64,000 bases of DNA from Oscillospiraceae bacterium (GTDB lineage Bacteria > Bacillota > Clostridia > Oscillospirales > CAG-272). This document shows, one piece after another, positions 8,614 through 19,555 of the stretch. The stretch spans positions 6,698 through 70,697 of the forward strand of contig SVRK01000006.1 in the NCBI GenBank assembly GCA_015064855.1. The letters run 5' to 3'. The notes below the pieces were generated by a model, which was given only the letters and a program-made list of their open reading frames with translations, was not told the DNA's origin and did not search any database. The translations under genes were made by a program, and so were the position numbers. Each line of letters starts with the position of its first letter. Position 1 is the stretch's first letter.

Positions 8614-11600
8614 ATGATAACAAGAAAAAAACAGTCAATGGATGGTAATACCGCTGCCGCTACTGTCAGCTATGCGTTTACAGAGGTTGCTGCGATTTAC
8701 CCAATCACACCATCAAGTGTTATGGCTGAGCTCACCGACTCATGGAGTGCTACAGGCTTAAAGAACATTTTTGGTGAACAAGTAAAGGTTACAGAGATGC
8801 AATCTGAGGCTGGTGCTGCTGGTACAGTACACGGCTCACTCGCTGCTGGTGCCCTTACAACTACTTACACCGCATCACAAGGCTTGCTCCTTATGATTCC
8901 TAACATGTATAAGATCGCCGGTGAGCTTCTTCCAAACGTAATTCACGTTTCAGCTCGTTGTGTAGCTTCTCATGCACTTAACATTTTCGGAGACCACTCC
9001 GACGTATACGCTTGCCGTCAAACAGGTTACGCTATGATGGCTTGCACAAACCCACAAGAGGTTATGGACCTCGGTGCAGTAGCTCACCTTTCTACAATCA
9101 AGGGTAGAGTTCCTGTTCTTAACTTCTTTGACGGTTTCCGTACATCACACGAAATCCAAAAGATTGAGGTTTGGGATTACAATGATTTAGCTGAAATGGT
9201 TGACAAGGACGCAATCGCAGCATTCCGTGCTCGTTCAATCAACCCTGAGCACCCTGTTCTTCGTGGTTCTGCTGAAAACGGCGACATCTTCTTCCAACAC
9301 AGAGAAGCATGTAACCAATACTACGATGCATTCCCTGCAATCGTTGAGGACTACATGAACCAAGTAAACGAGAAAATCGGTACTGACTATAAGCTCTTTA
9401 ACTACTACGGTGCACCTGATGCTGAAAGAGTTATCGTTGCTATGGGTTCAGTATGTGACGTTTGCGAAGAGGTTATTGATTACTTAATGGCAAAGGGCGA
9501 AAAGGTTGGTCTTGTTAAGGTAAGACTTTACCGTCCATTCGTTGCAGAAAAGCTTGTTGAAGCAATCCCAGCAACAGCTAAGAAGATTGCTGTTCTTGAT
9601 AGAACTAAGGAGCCTGGCTCACTTGGTGAACCACTTTACCTTGATGTTGTTACATCACTCGCAATCAAGGGCGTACAAGCTAAGGTTGTTGGCGGTCGTT
9701 ATGGTCTTGGTTCTAAGGACACAACTCCTGCTTCAATCTTCGCAGTATATGAGAACCTAAGCGCTGACGAGCCAAAGGCTAACTTCACAATCGGTATCGT
9801 TGACGACGTTACAGGTCTTTCACTTCCTGAAACAACAAACGTTGACACCAGCGCAAAGGGAACAATCTCTTGCAAGTTCTGGGGTCTTGGTGGTGACGGT
9901 ACTGTTGGTGCTAACAAGAACTCAATTAAGATTATCGGTGACTACACAGATAAGTTTATTCAAGCTTACTTCCAATATGACTCAAAGAAAACAGGCGGTA
10001 TTACAATTTCACACCTTCGTTTCGGCGATTCTGTAATTAAGAGCCCATACTATATAACAAAGGCTGACTTTGTTGCATGTCACAACCCTTCATACATGCT
10101 CAAGGGCTACAAGATTGTAAATGACGTTAAGCCTGGTGGTACATTCCTCCTTAACTGCCAATGGACAGAGGCAGAGCTTGACAGCCATCTTCCTGCAGAA
10201 GTAAAGAAATATATCGCAGAAAACAATGTTCAATTCTACATTGTTAACGCTATTGATAAGGCAATCGAAATCGGAATGGGTAAGAGAACAAACACAATTC
10301 TCCAATCCGCATTCTTTGCACTTGCTAACATTATGCCTATTGACGAGGCTATCGAAAAGATGAAGTATATGGCTAAGAAGTCATATCTCAAGAAGGGCGA
10401 AGCAGTAGTTGAAATGAACTACAAGGCTATCGACGCTGGTAAGGAGGCTCTCGTTAAGGTTAACGTTCCTGCAGCTTGGGCAAATCTCGACGTTGTTGAT
10501 ACTAAGGAAACAGTTGAAGGCAAGCGTCCTGAGCTCGTTAAATACGTTGAAAACGTACTTCTTCCTGTATCTAAGATGGAGGGTGACAAGCTCCCTGTTT
10601 CTGCATTCGTTGACTATGTTGATGGTACATTCCCACAAGGTGCTGCTGCATACGAAAAGCGTGGTGTTGCAGTTACTGTTCCTGAGTGGATTCCTGAAAA
10701 CTGTATCCAATGTAACCAATGCTCATATGTATGTCCACACGCAACAATCCGTCCATTTGCTATGAACGCTGATGAGGCTGCTAATGCTCCTGAGTCAACT
10801 AAGTTCGCAGCAAAGATGATCGGTAAGGGATGCGAGGACTACAAGTTCACAATCGCTATCAGCCCACTTGACTGTATGGGTTGTGGTCTTTGTGTAAACG
10901 TTTGTCCAGTAGCTCTTAAGGCTAAGGCAAACGGAACTCCTGAAAAGACACCAATTAGAATGGTTGCACAAGCTAGCCAGCTTGACCAACAAGCAGCATT
11001 TGACTATGCAGTTGCTAACGTTTCAAAGAAGGAGCTTCCATTCCAAGAGGTTTCCGTTAAGGGTAGCCAATTCAACCAACCACTCCTCGAGTTCTCTGGC
11101 TCATGCGCAGGTTGTGCTGAAACATCATATGCACGTCTTATCACTCAGCTCTTTGGTGAGAGAATGTACATCTCTAACGCAACAGGCTGTTCATCCATTT
11201 GGGGTGGCTCAGCTCCTGCAACACCATACACAGTAAACAAGGATTCTCTCCGTGGTCCAGCTTGGGCTAACTCACTATTTGAAGACAACGCAGAGCACGG
11301 TCTTGGTATGTTCCTTGGTCAAAAGACTCTCCGTGAAAAGCTCATCCGCAAGGTTGAGGAAATGATGGCAAGCGATAAGGCTTCTGACGAGTTTAAGGCA
11401 GCAGCTCAAGCGTTCATCGACACTAAGGATGACGGAAAAGCAAACGAGACAGCTACTAAGGCTCTTATCGTAGAGCTCGAAAAGGCAGCAGAGGCTGGTT
11501 GCCCAACTGCTAAGGAAATCCTTGCAGAAAAGACATACCTCTCAAAGAAATCCGTATGGATCTTCGGTGGAGACGGTTGGGCTTACGACATCGGCTTTGG

Positions 11601-12201
11601 TGGTCTTGACCACGTTCTTGCTTCCGGCGAAGACGTTAACGTAATGGTATTTGACACAGAGGTTTACTCTAACACAGGTGGTCAAGCTTCTAAGGCTTCT
11701 AACCTCGGCCAAGTTGCACAATTTGCTGCAGCTGGTAAGGCTATCGGTAAGAAGAACCTTGCTGAAATCGCTATGTCCTACGGTTACGTATACGTAGCAC
11801 AAATCGCTATGGGTGCAGACCCAGCTCAAACAATCAAGGCTATTGCTGAGGCTGAGGCTTATAAGGGTCCATCACTTATCATCGGTTATGCTCCATGTGA
11901 AATGCACGGACTTAAGGGTGGTATGACAAACTGCCAAGGCGAAATGAAGAAGGCTGTTGAGGCTGGTTACTGGGATCTCTTCAGATACAACCCATCACTC
12001 AAGGCTGAGGGCAAGAACCCATTCTCACTTGACTCTAAGGAGCCAACAGGCGACTACCGTGCATTCTTGACAAACGAAACACGTTACAGCCGTCTTGCTC
12101 AACAATTCCCAGAAAGAGCAGAAGTACTCTTTGCAGCAAGCGAAGAAGCTGCTAAGGCTAAGTACGAAAGACTTAAGAGATTCATTGAACTCTACAAATA
12201 A
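8614..12201 (+). CDS. nifJ: Pyruvate:ferredoxin (flavodoxin) oxidoreductase
   Basis: YPITPS, QSEAGAAG, two CxxCxxCxxxCP ferredoxin motifs, GDGWAYDIG TPP motif. Confidence 0.96.
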   Translation: MITRKKQSMDGNTAAATVSYAFTEVAAIYPITPSSVMAELTDSWSATGLKNIFGEQVKVTEMQSEAGAAGTVHGSLAAGALTTTYTASQGLLLMIPNMYKIAGELLPNVIHVSARCVASHALNIFGDHSDVYACRQTGYAMMACTNPQEVMDLGAVAHLSTIKGRVPVLNFFDGFRTSHEIQKIEVWDYNDLAEMVDKDAIAAFRARSINPEHPVLRGSAENGDIFFQHREACNQYYDAFPAIVEDYMNQVNEKIGTDYKLFNYYGAPDAERVIVAMGSVCDVCEEVIDYLMAKGEKVGLVKVRLYRPFVAEKLVEAIPATAKKIAVLDRTKEPGSLGEPLYLDVVTSLAIKGVQAKVVGGRYGLGSKDTTPASIFAVYENLSADEPKANFTIGIVDDVTGLSLPETTNVDTSAKGTISCKFWGLGGDGTVGANKNSIKIIGDYTDKFIQAYFQYDSKKTGGITISHLRFGDSVIKSPYYITKADFVACHNPSYMLKGYKIVNDVKPGGTFLLNCQWTEAELDSHLPAEVKKYIAENNVQFYIVNAIDKAIEIGMGKRTNTILQSAFFALANIMPIDEAIEKMKYMAKKSYLKKGEAVVEMNYKAIDAGKEALVKVNVPAAWANLDVVDTKETVEGKRPELVKYVENVLLPVSKMEGDKLPVSAFVDYVDGTFPQGAAAYEKRGVAVTVPEWIPENCIQCNQCSYVCPHATIRPFAMNADEAANAPESTKFAAKMIGKGCEDYKFTIAISPLDCMGCGLCVNVCPVALKAKANGTPEKTPIRMVAQASQLDQQAAFDYAVANVSKKELPFQEVSVKGSQFNQPLLEFSGSCAGCAETSYARLITQLFGERMYISNATGCSSIWGGSAPATPYTVNKDSLRGPAWANSLFEDNAEHGLGMFLGQKTLREKLIRKVEEMMASDKASDEFKAAAQAFIDTKDDGKANETATKALIVELEKAAEAGCPTAKEILAEKTYLSKKSVWIFGGDGWAYDIGFGGLDHVLASGEDVNVMVFDTEVYSNTGGQASKASNLGQVAQFAAAGKAIGKKNLAEIAMSYGYVYVAQIAMGADPAQTIKAIAEAEAYKGPSLIIGYAPCEMHGLKGGMTNCQGEMKKAVEAGYWDLFRYNPSLKAEGKNPFSLDSKEPTGDYRAFLTNETRYSRLAQQFPERAEVLFAASEEAAKAKYERLKRFIELYK

Positions 12202-12220
12202 GATAAACCTTCATAAAAAC

Positions 12221-12250
12221 AAAAAGCCACGGATTTTCCGTGGCTTTTTT
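12221..12250. terminator. Bidirectional terminator
   Basis: aaaaagccacgga-ttt-tccgtggctttttt between convergent genes. Confidence 0.75.
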
Positions 12251-12482
12251 AGTCTGATAAATCAACTCCAAACATTTGGCTTGGAGAAAAACCAAATTCC
12301 GTTTTTATTTTGAATACGGTGCTTGCCGTAAAACGAGGTGGTAAAATTCCATTTTCGAGTGCGTTTAAGGTTTTTATTCCTATGCCGAGTTTTACTGCCA
12401 TTTCCTTTTTGGTCAAATTGTTTTTCAGACGAAGGTGTTTAAGATTTTTAGCGAATGTTTTTACGTCAATATCGGTTTTCAT
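12249..12482 (-). CDS. XRE-family HTH transcriptional regulator
   Basis: NLKHLRLKNNLTKKEMAVKLGIGIKTLNALENG HTH_3 pattern; AGGGAG RBS. Confidence 0.75.
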   Translation of the reverse strand: MKTDIDVKTFAKNLKHLRLKNNLTKKEMAVKLGIGIKTLNALENGILPPRFTASTVFKIKTEFGFSPSQMFGVDLSD

Positions 12483-12574
12483 AACTACTCCCTATTACTT
12501 TTTAAATAATTATAATATAAAATTTTGCGAATATTGATTTTTAACCTGAAACAGGTTAGAAATAATTTTATCTT

Positions 12575-12693
12575 GTATAGGGATAACGCCCTCGACATCC
12601 CGAAGAGAGGTACGCACCGATAAAACGGGAGGATAATATCACCCCTTGCACGAACAATATTGATACATCGTAGGGGAGGCAATCTGCCTCCCG
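12575..12693. repeat. Degenerate GTAG REP cluster
   Basis: 12575-12602, 12626-12650 (rc) and gtaggggaggcaatctgcctcccg at 12670-12693. Confidence 0.65.
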
Positions 12694-12897
12694 TAGAAAA
12701 TGTAGGTTGCGATAGAATAATATCATTTCCTTAATGTGTCGACGTTTTGCGAGGATAAATTATTACAAAATTTTTATTAGTAAATGTTGACAAAATTAAC
12801 AAAAAATAAATATTTTTATGCTAATATAATTAATATACAGTTAATATTACACTATTAATATAGTATACTAGAAAAGAATTTAAAGGAGGGCGGAGAA

Positions 12898-15800
12898 ATG
12901 GAATTTTATCGTGTTGGCATAGATATTGGCTCAACCACTGTAAAGATAGTGGCGATTAATGCGAGTGGTGAGATTGTTTTCGGCAAATATGAAAGACATC
13001 TTTCTCACACCAAAGAGAAGCTCTGCCAGCTTTTGAAGGAGCTTTATTCAACCCTTGGTGATTGTAAAATCAAAGTGAAAATCACAGGCTCAGGCTCTAT
13101 AAATCTTGGCGAGGCACTTGGTATTGGCTTTGTCCAAGAGGTTAGCGCGGTTGCAGGCGCTTTAAAGTATTTAGCACCAAATACCGACGTTGCTATCGAG
13201 CTTGGCGGTGAGGACGCAAAGATAATATATTTCGATGGAAACAACATCGAGGAGAGAATGAACGGCATTTGTGCAGGAGGAACCGGCTCATTTATCGACC
13301 AAATGGCAGCACTCTTGCAAACTGATGCAACGGGACTAAACGAGGAAGCCAAAAACTACGAAAGAATATACCCAATTGCGGCTCGCTGTGGTGTGTTCGC
13401 TAAAACCGATATTCAACCGCTTATAAACGAGGGCGCAACAAGGGCAGACTTATCCGCTTCCATTTTCCAAGCGGTTGTAAACCAAACGGTTTCGGGTCTT
13501 GCGTGTGGCAAGCCTATTCGCGGTACGGTTGCGTTTCTTGGTGGCCCACTCCATTTCTTAACAGAATTAAAGGGCGCATTTATTAGAACCTTAAAGCTAA
13601 CCCCCGAAACAACCGTTGACCCCGATAACTCCCATCTTTTTGCCGCTTACGGCTCGGCGCTTGAGGCGGACGATGCAGACGAGCTTCTTCTTTCAAGCCT
13701 AATTGACAAGCTTGACTCGGGAATAGAAATGCGCTTTGAGCTTAAAAGACTTCAACCGCTTTTTGAAAACGAGGATGAGTATAATGAGTTCCTTAACCGT
13801 CACGAAAAGGCAAGAGTAAAAAGAAGCGATATAAGAGAATATAAGGGTAACACGTATTTAGGAATAGATGCAGGCTCAACCACCACAAAGGTTGCTTTGA
13901 TAGGAGAAGATGGTGAGCTTTTATATTCCTTCTATTCAAATAACCAAGGCTCGCCTGTAAACACGGCTAAAAGAGCTATGAGGGAGCTATCGGAGCTTAT
14001 GCCCGAGGGTGCGACTATAAAATACGCTTGCTCAACCGGTTATGGCGAAAAGCTCTTAAAATCAGCATTTAATTTAGATATGGGCGAGGTTGAAACTATT
14101 GCCCACCAAACGGGCGCATCATTCTTTGACCCACAGGTTGACTGTGTGCTTGACATTGGCGGTCAAGATATGAAGTGCATTAAAATCAAAAACGGCTCGG
14201 TTGACAACATTCTTTTAAACGAGGCTTGCTCGTCGGGCTGCGGCTCGTTCATTGAGTCGTTTGCGAATTCCCTTGGATACACAGCCAAGGATTTCGCCAA
14301 GGAAGCGATTTTTGCCAAAAATCCAATAGACCTCGGCACTCGTTGTACTGTTTTTATGAACTCGAACGTAAAGCAAGCACAAAAGGAGGGGGCATCTGTG
14401 CCCGATATTTCAGCTGGTCTTGCTTACTCGGTTATTAAAAACGCAATGTTCAAGGTAATTAAATTAAATACCGCATCCGACCTTGGCGCTCACGTTGTTG
14501 TACAGGGCGGAACGTTTTATAACCACGCGGTTTTGCGTGCGCTCGAAAAAATTTCGGGCGTCAACGTTACCTGTCCTGATATTTCAGGCATTATGGGTGC
14601 GTTTGGTGCGGCACTCTTGGCGCGCAATCACCAAAAGGGTGCAAAAAGCTCAATGCTCCCGTTTGATGAGATAGAGAAGCTGACCTATAAGAGCACAACT
14701 GTAAGATGCAAGGGCTGTTCAAACAGCTGTATTTTAACTGTAAATACCTTTGAGGGTGGCAGACGATACATAACAGGCAACCGCTGTGAAAAGGGCGGTG
14801 AGGTTGATAAATCAGTAGTTAAGGGCGAAAATTTGGTAAGCTATAAGCTGAATAGAATTTTCGGCTACGAGCCACTACCGGAAAATGAAGCAAGGTTCGG
14901 CAAAATCGGCATCCCAAGGGTTCTTAATATGTATGAGAACTATCCGTTTTGGGCAACGTTTTTCCGTCAAATCGGATTTAGTGTAGTCTTATCCCCATTA
15001 TCAACCAAAAAAATATACGAATTAGGCATGGAAACAATTCCGTCAGAATCGGAATGCTATCCCGCCAAGATGGCTCACGGACATATAAAATGGCTCATAG
15101 AAAATGATGTAGATACTATTTTCTACCCTTGTATTTTCTATGAAAATCAAGAGTCATGTGTGGCGCAAAACCACTACAACTGTCCAATAGTTGTTTCCTG
15201 CTCGGAAAACATAAAGAATAACGTAGAGGAAATCGTCGAGGGCAAGGTTAATTACCTTCGTCCGTTTATCGCCTTTACGAGTGAAAAAATTGTATCCGAC
15301 CGTCTTGTTAGGTTTTTCAAGCACGAGAAGGGCTACGACCTTACCGAAAAAGAGATAAGGTTAGCCGTTAAGCTTGCTTGGCGCGAGCAAAGGGAAGCGA
15401 AGGAGGATATAAGAAAAAAGGGTAAAGAGATACTTAACTTGCTTGAAAAATCAGGTGGGCGCGGTATTGTTTTGGCAGGTAGACCATACCATATTGACCC
15501 CGAAATTAATCACGGTATACCCGAGCTTATTTCGTCTTATGGATTTGCGGTTTTGACCGAGGATTCTCTTCCTGAAGTTTATGACGAAATAGAAAATTTA
15601 AGAGTAAACGACCAATGGGTTTACCATTCTCGCTTATATAATGCGGCAGCTTACGTAAGAAAGCACGAGAACCTTGAAATTATTCAGCTAAACTCGTTTG
15701 GTTGCGGTATTGATGCCGTTACAACCGACCAAGTTTCTGAAATACTTTCGGGCTCGGGTAAGCTATATACTGCGCTTAAAATTGATGAGGTTAACAACCT

Positions 15801-17163
15801 TGGCGCAATTAGAATTCGTGTAAGAAGCTTAATTAGCGCGGTAAATATGCGCCACGAAAAGGGTATAAAGGCAAAGGAAGCGCCTATTAACTATAAGCGC
15901 GCTGAATTCACTAAAAAAATGTACGAGGAGAAATATACAATTTTAGCTCCTCAAATGTCACCTATACACTTTGATTTAATCGAGCCTGTTTTCAAATCCT
16001 ATGGCTATAATCTTGAAATTCTTTCAAACGCGACAAAGGATGCAATTGACATAGGTCTTAAATACGTAAATAACGATGCCTGCTTCCCGTCAATCACTAT
16101 GGTTGGACAGATTATGGAGGCGGTTTTGTCGGGCAAATATGATACGCACAAGCTCGCTGTTTTAATGACTCAAACCGGTGGATGCTGTCGCGCAAGTAAC
16201 TACGTTGGATTTATCCGCCGTGCGCTTGACAAGGTCGGTATGTCTTATATCCCTGTAATTTCTTTAAACCTTGGCGGAATAGAGAAAAACGAGGGCTTTA
16301 AAATACCGCTTCCTGCTTTATTTAAGGCAATTAAAGCGGTTGTTTATGGCGACCTTTTGATGAAATGCCTATATAGAACGCGCCCATACGAAAAGGAAAA
16401 GGGCTCGGCTAATGCATTATGGCAGAAGTGGAAAAGCATATGCGTTGACAACCTCTTAAATAAAAAGGGTAAGCGCTCGTATAAAAAAATCTGCAAAGGA
16501 ATTGTTGAGGACTTTGACACTTTGCCAATAAACGAGGACGTTATTAAGCCTCGTGTTGGCGTGGTTGGCGAGATACTTGTAAAGTATATGCCGCTAGCCA
16601 ACAATCACCTCGTTGACCTACTCGAAAGTGAGGGGGCAGAGGTAAAAGTTCCGGATTTTCTTGACTTTTTCAGTTACTGCGTGTATAATTCAGAGTATAA
16701 GCATAAATTTTTCGGCTTTAAGGCATCAAGCCTTGTAATTTCAAAATTGGGCGTTGGCGCTATTGAAAAATTGCGTATGCCGGCGACCAAGGCACTGAAA
16801 AGAAGTAAGCGCTTCGATGCTCCTATGGATATACGAAGGGTTGCAAAAATGGCAAAGCCATTCCTTTCAATAGGAAACCAATATGGTGAGGGATGGTTTT
16901 TGTGTGGAGAGATGCTTGAGCTAATAGAGCACGGCACACCCAATATCGTATGCATTCAGCCGTTTGCATGTCTACCAAACCACGTTGTTGGAAAGGGCGT
17001 TATCAAGCGCATACGCATAGCACATCCAGAGGCAAACATCGTTGCCGTTGACTACGACCCTGGTGCTTCTGAGGTTAATCAGCTGAACAGAATAAAGCTT
17101 ATGCTATCAGTAGCAAGAAAAAACATAAAAAACGAAGAATTCAAAGAAAAAATCGAGAAATAA
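12898..17163 (+). CDS. 2-hydroxyacyl-CoA dehydratase activase-related fusion (2x BcrAD/BadFG + DUF2229 + dehydratase-like)
   Basis: GIDIGSTT and GIDAGSTT ATPase motifs, CAGGTG/CSSGCG, RCGVF/RCTVF, CYPAK, QPFACLPNH. Confidence 0.85.
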   Translation: MEFYRVGIDIGSTTVKIVAINASGEIVFGKYERHLSHTKEKLCQLLKELYSTLGDCKIKVKITGSGSINLGEALGIGFVQEVSAVAGALKYLAPNTDVAIELGGEDAKIIYFDGNNIEERMNGICAGGTGSFIDQMAALLQTDATGLNEEAKNYERIYPIAARCGVFAKTDIQPLINEGATRADLSASIFQAVVNQTVSGLACGKPIRGTVAFLGGPLHFLTELKGAFIRTLKLTPETTVDPDNSHLFAAYGSALEADDADELLLSSLIDKLDSGIEMRFELKRLQPLFENEDEYNEFLNRHEKARVKRSDIREYKGNTYLGIDAGSTTTKVALIGEDGELLYSFYSNNQGSPVNTAKRAMRELSELMPEGATIKYACSTGYGEKLLKSAFNLDMGEVETIAHQTGASFFDPQVDCVLDIGGQDMKCIKIKNGSVDNILLNEACSSGCGSFIESFANSLGYTAKDFAKEAIFAKNPIDLGTRCTVFMNSNVKQAQKEGASVPDISAGLAYSVIKNAMFKVIKLNTASDLGAHVVVQGGTFYNHAVLRALEKISGVNVTCPDISGIMGAFGAALLARNHQKGAKSSMLPFDEIEKLTYKSTTVRCKGCSNSCILTVNTFEGGRRYITGNRCEKGGEVDKSVVKGENLVSYKLNRIFGYEPLPENEARFGKIGIPRVLNMYENYPFWATFFRQIGFSVVLSPLSTKKIYELGMETIPSESECYPAKMAHGHIKWLIENDVDTIFYPCIFYENQESCVAQNHYNCPIVVSCSENIKNNVEEIVEGKVNYLRPFIAFTSEKIVSDRLVRFFKHEKGYDLTEKEIRLAVKLAWREQREAKEDIRKKGKEILNLLEKSGGRGIVLAGRPYHIDPEINHGIPELISSYGFAVLTEDSLPEVYDEIENLRVNDQWVYHSRLYNAAAYVRKHENLEIIQLNSFGCGIDAVTTDQVSEILSGSGKLYTALKIDEVNNLGAIRIRVRSLISAVNMRHEKGIKAKEAPINYKRAEFTKKMYEEKYTILAPQMSPIHFDLIEPVFKSYGYNLEILSNATKDAIDIGLKYVNNDACFPSITMVGQIMEAVLSGKYDTHKLAVLMTQTGGCCRASNYVGFIRRALDKVGMSYIPVISLNLGGIEKNEGFKIPLPALFKAIKAVVYGDLLMKCLYRTRPYEKEKGSANALWQKWKSICVDNLLNKKGKRSYKKICKGIVEDFDTLPINEDVIKPRVGVVGEILVKYMPLANNHLVDLLESEGAEVKVPDFLDFFSYCVYNSEYKHKFFGFKASSLVISKLGVGAIEKLRMPATKALKRSKRFDAPMDIRRVAKMAKPFLSIGNQYGEGWFLCGEMLELIEHGTPNIVCIQPFACLPNHVVGKGVIKRIRIAHPEANIVAVDYDPGASEVNQLNRIKLMLSVARKNIKNEEFKEKIEK

Positions 17164-17174
17164 AGGAGATTTTT

Positions 17175-18230
17175 ATGAAAAACAAAGCGCTGAAAATATC
17201 ACTTATAGTTTTAGTAATGCTTTTGCTCTCAGTGGTTATGCTTTTAACAGCTGTTAGGCTTGGAGAAAGACTTATTTTTGCACCATTTTTTGCAAATGCA
17301 GAGACTCAATTCAAGGTTCCTGGTATTGCCGATGGCTTTATTCAACAGGGCTTTGACCATATAGGCGCCGACACTGAAACCACGGAGGATGACAGATTTT
17401 TGGTTTCAGGCTACATGAAGGACGAGTCCTCATCTCGCGTTTACGTTCTTGACAAGGATGGCGATGTTTTGCACTATGTTAAATTAAGAGATAAAAACGG
17501 CAAAAGATATACAGGTCATAGCGGTGGAATTACCCATAACGGCAATTATGTTTACGTTTCAAATGACGATGACGGACAAAACTCATTAAACGTTTTCTCA
17601 CTTGATGAAATTCTTTCGGGCAAGAGCATCACTACAAATATGCTTGGCTCTGTTTATGTTTACGTTAGTCCTGCATTCTGTTATATACATGATGGCAAGC
17701 TATACACAGGCAACTTCCATAAGCCCGGCCACAAGGATTATAAATCTCCCGAGAGCTTTATTATTTCAACAGAGAACAATAATAACACCGCAATGATGCT
17801 CGCATTCGAGCTTACCGAAATTGGCGAAAACTTTGGCGTTGCAAAGGAGCCAACCTGCGCTTATTCAATTACAAGTATGGTTCAAGGTATGTGCGTGGCA
17901 GACGGTAAGCTTGTGCTTTCAACATCTTGGTCAATAAATCCATCACATCTGTATTTCTACGATATTGAAAAAATAGAAAAGACGTCAATCCCGACAAGTA
18001 TATTTACCGATAAGGAACTATATAAGGATAAGGCAATGAATAATCCAATCCCTCTTTACATAATTGATAAGGACGAGCATCTTATAAAGGATGTTACAGC
18101 CCCACCAATGGCAGAGGAATTAGTTTATAACGACGGCAAGGTGCTCGTTATGAACGAGTCCGCATCCTCAAAATATATCTTCGGTAAATTTACAAGCGGA
18201 AATAACGTATACGGATATATAGTAGACTAA
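17175..18230 (+). CDS. Membrane-anchored or secreted hypothetical protein (beta-propeller-like)
   Basis: N-terminal hydrophobic anchor; beta-rich repeats (QQG, HSGG, VQG, PPMAEE). Confidence 0.6.
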   Translation: MKNKALKISLIVLVMLLLSVVMLLTAVRLGERLIFAPFFANAETQFKVPGIADGFIQQGFDHIGADTETTEDDRFLVSGYMKDESSSRVYVLDKDGDVLHYVKLRDKNGKRYTGHSGGITHNGNYVYVSNDDDGQNSLNVFSLDEILSGKSITTNMLGSVYVYVSPAFCYIHDGKLYTGNFHKPGHKDYKSPESFIISTENNNNTAMMLAFELTEIGENFGVAKEPTCAYSITSMVQGMCVADGKLVLSTSWSINPSHLYFYDIEKIEKTSIPTSIFTDKELYKDKAMNNPIPLYIIDKDEHLIKDVTAPPMAEELVYNDGKVLVMNESASSKYIFGKFTSGNNVYGYIVD

Positions 18231-18256
18231 AAAGAGAGGCATCGCCTCTCTTTTTT
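18229..18256. terminator. Bidirectional terminator
   Basis: aaaaagagaggc-atc-gcctctctttttt. Confidence 0.75.
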
Positions 18257-18665
18257 ATATGGTTGTAATATTTATTTGGTTGGCAATAGATTTTATAGCC
18301 TTTGAAAGTTTTTTTCTTATTCCTTCCTCACTGTAACCTAGTTCAATGCCAATTTTCCAATATGGCACGCCGTTTATGTACGTGTCAACAATAATGCTTT
18401 TTTCAATAGGGTCAAGCGCCATTATTGCTCCCATATATTTTTCTTCAATTTCGCGAGCCTTGTCAATTTCCTTGCATATTGGCAAAGCCTCTAGGTGTGC
18501 CATTTCCTTTTTTATGAGCTCATTCGCCTTGTCGCTGGGTAGCATTCTTTCGAGCATTTTTATTCTTGCCATATGTGTGCTTTGTAAAGACTTTAATCTA
18601 TCTATTGCGTGCGCGTGCTTTTTTAGTTCTCTTAAATCCTTTTTTACCTCATCTAATCCTTTCAT
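18255..18665 (-). CDS. Sigma-70 region 4-like HTH protein (DUF1492/ArpU/RinA-like)
   Basis: Coiled N-terminus; C-terminal LDPIEKSIIVDTYINGVPYWKIGIELGYSEEGIRKKLSKAI. Confidence 0.6.
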   Translation of the reverse strand: MKGLDEVKKDLRELKKHAHAIDRLKSLQSTHMARIKMLERMLPSDKANELIKKEMAHLEALPICKEIDKAREIEEKYMGAIMALDPIEKSIIVDTYINGVPYWKIGIELGYSEEGIRKKLSKAIKSIANQINITTI

Positions 18666-18999
18666 TTTCTCGCTTCCTACTTACCTTTGGTATACATAAA
18701 ATAAATAGCCGATGATAAAAGTCAAGGTGGAGAAGAGTACGCTTGACTTTTCTTTAATTCAACCCTATAATAATTATAAGGCGTGTCCATAAAATATTTT
18801 GTCAAAGCGTGTCAATAAAATAAAAAATTTTTAAAAATTTGACAAAAAAGGGCAAACGGGGTGGGTGCCCCTCGACAAAAAATTCTTTGGACACTTATAT
18901 TCTAATATAAGTGGTACTTAAAATCAACCAAGCGGGAAGTGAAAATTTTGTCACTTGCTGACTTGTCATAAATTAAAGACAAATGAGGATAAAGATAAA

Positions 19000-19554
19000 A
19001 TGCAGGTATACGTAGGAAGACCAAAAAATGAAGAGGGAAGACTCCCAAAGGAAATTAGGGTTTATGACTTTTTAGATAACTTGGGGGTTGAATATTATCG
19101 CGTTGACCACGGGGAGGCTGGTACAATGGACGAGTGTGCAAAAATAGAGAAGGAGCTTGACACAGTGATTTGTAAAAATCTATTCCTTTGCAACCGTCAA
19201 AAGACAAGGTTTTATCTTCTTATGATGCCAAGGGATAAGGTTTATAAAACGAAGGACTTTTCGCCGCTTGTCGGCTCGTCGCGCCTTTCCTTTGCAGGCG
19301 AGGAGGATATGCTGAAATATTTAGACGTAACGCCCGGCTCGGTTAGTATAATGGGACTTATAAACGACAAGGATAAGGTCGTGCATTTAGCTATTGACGA
19401 GGACGTACTAAAGCCGGATTTTGTCGGTTGTCACCCTTGTATAAACACCTCAAGCCTAAAAATAAAAAAGACGGATATTTTGGAAAAGTATCTTCCTGCG
19501 GTAGGACATACGCCACAAATAGTTACGTTACCGAAATACGAGAGTGAGGAATAA
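19000..19554 (+). CDS. Prolyl-tRNA editing protein (YbaK/ProX family)
   Basis: CKNLFL, SRLSFA, PGSVS and HPCINTSSL motifs; ATG at 19000. Confidence 0.85.
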   Translation: MQVYVGRPKNEEGRLPKEIRVYDFLDNLGVEYYRVDHGEAGTMDECAKIEKELDTVICKNLFLCNRQKTRFYLLMMPRDKVYKTKDFSPLVGSSRLSFAGEEDMLKYLDVTPGSVSIMGLINDKDKVVHLAIDEDVLKPDFVGCHPCINTSSLKIKKTDILEKYLPAVGHTPQIVTLPKYESEE

Positions 19555-19555
19555 T

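Noticed and set aside
9542-11829. Numerous antisense or overlapping ORFs inside nifJ, ppdK, glyA and rplJL
   Set aside because: Shadow ORFs caused by strong codon bias in highly expressed genes.
12785-12802. Rex operator upstream of the dehydratase activase (also near 29237 and 43602)
   Set aside because: Spacing is off by one or the half-site is poor, and the first site overlaps a -35 TTGACA.
18846-18940. c-di-GMP-I riboswitch (GGGCAAAC start)
   Set aside because: Lacks the GNRA tetraloop, GACGCAAAG and the second-stem consensus.
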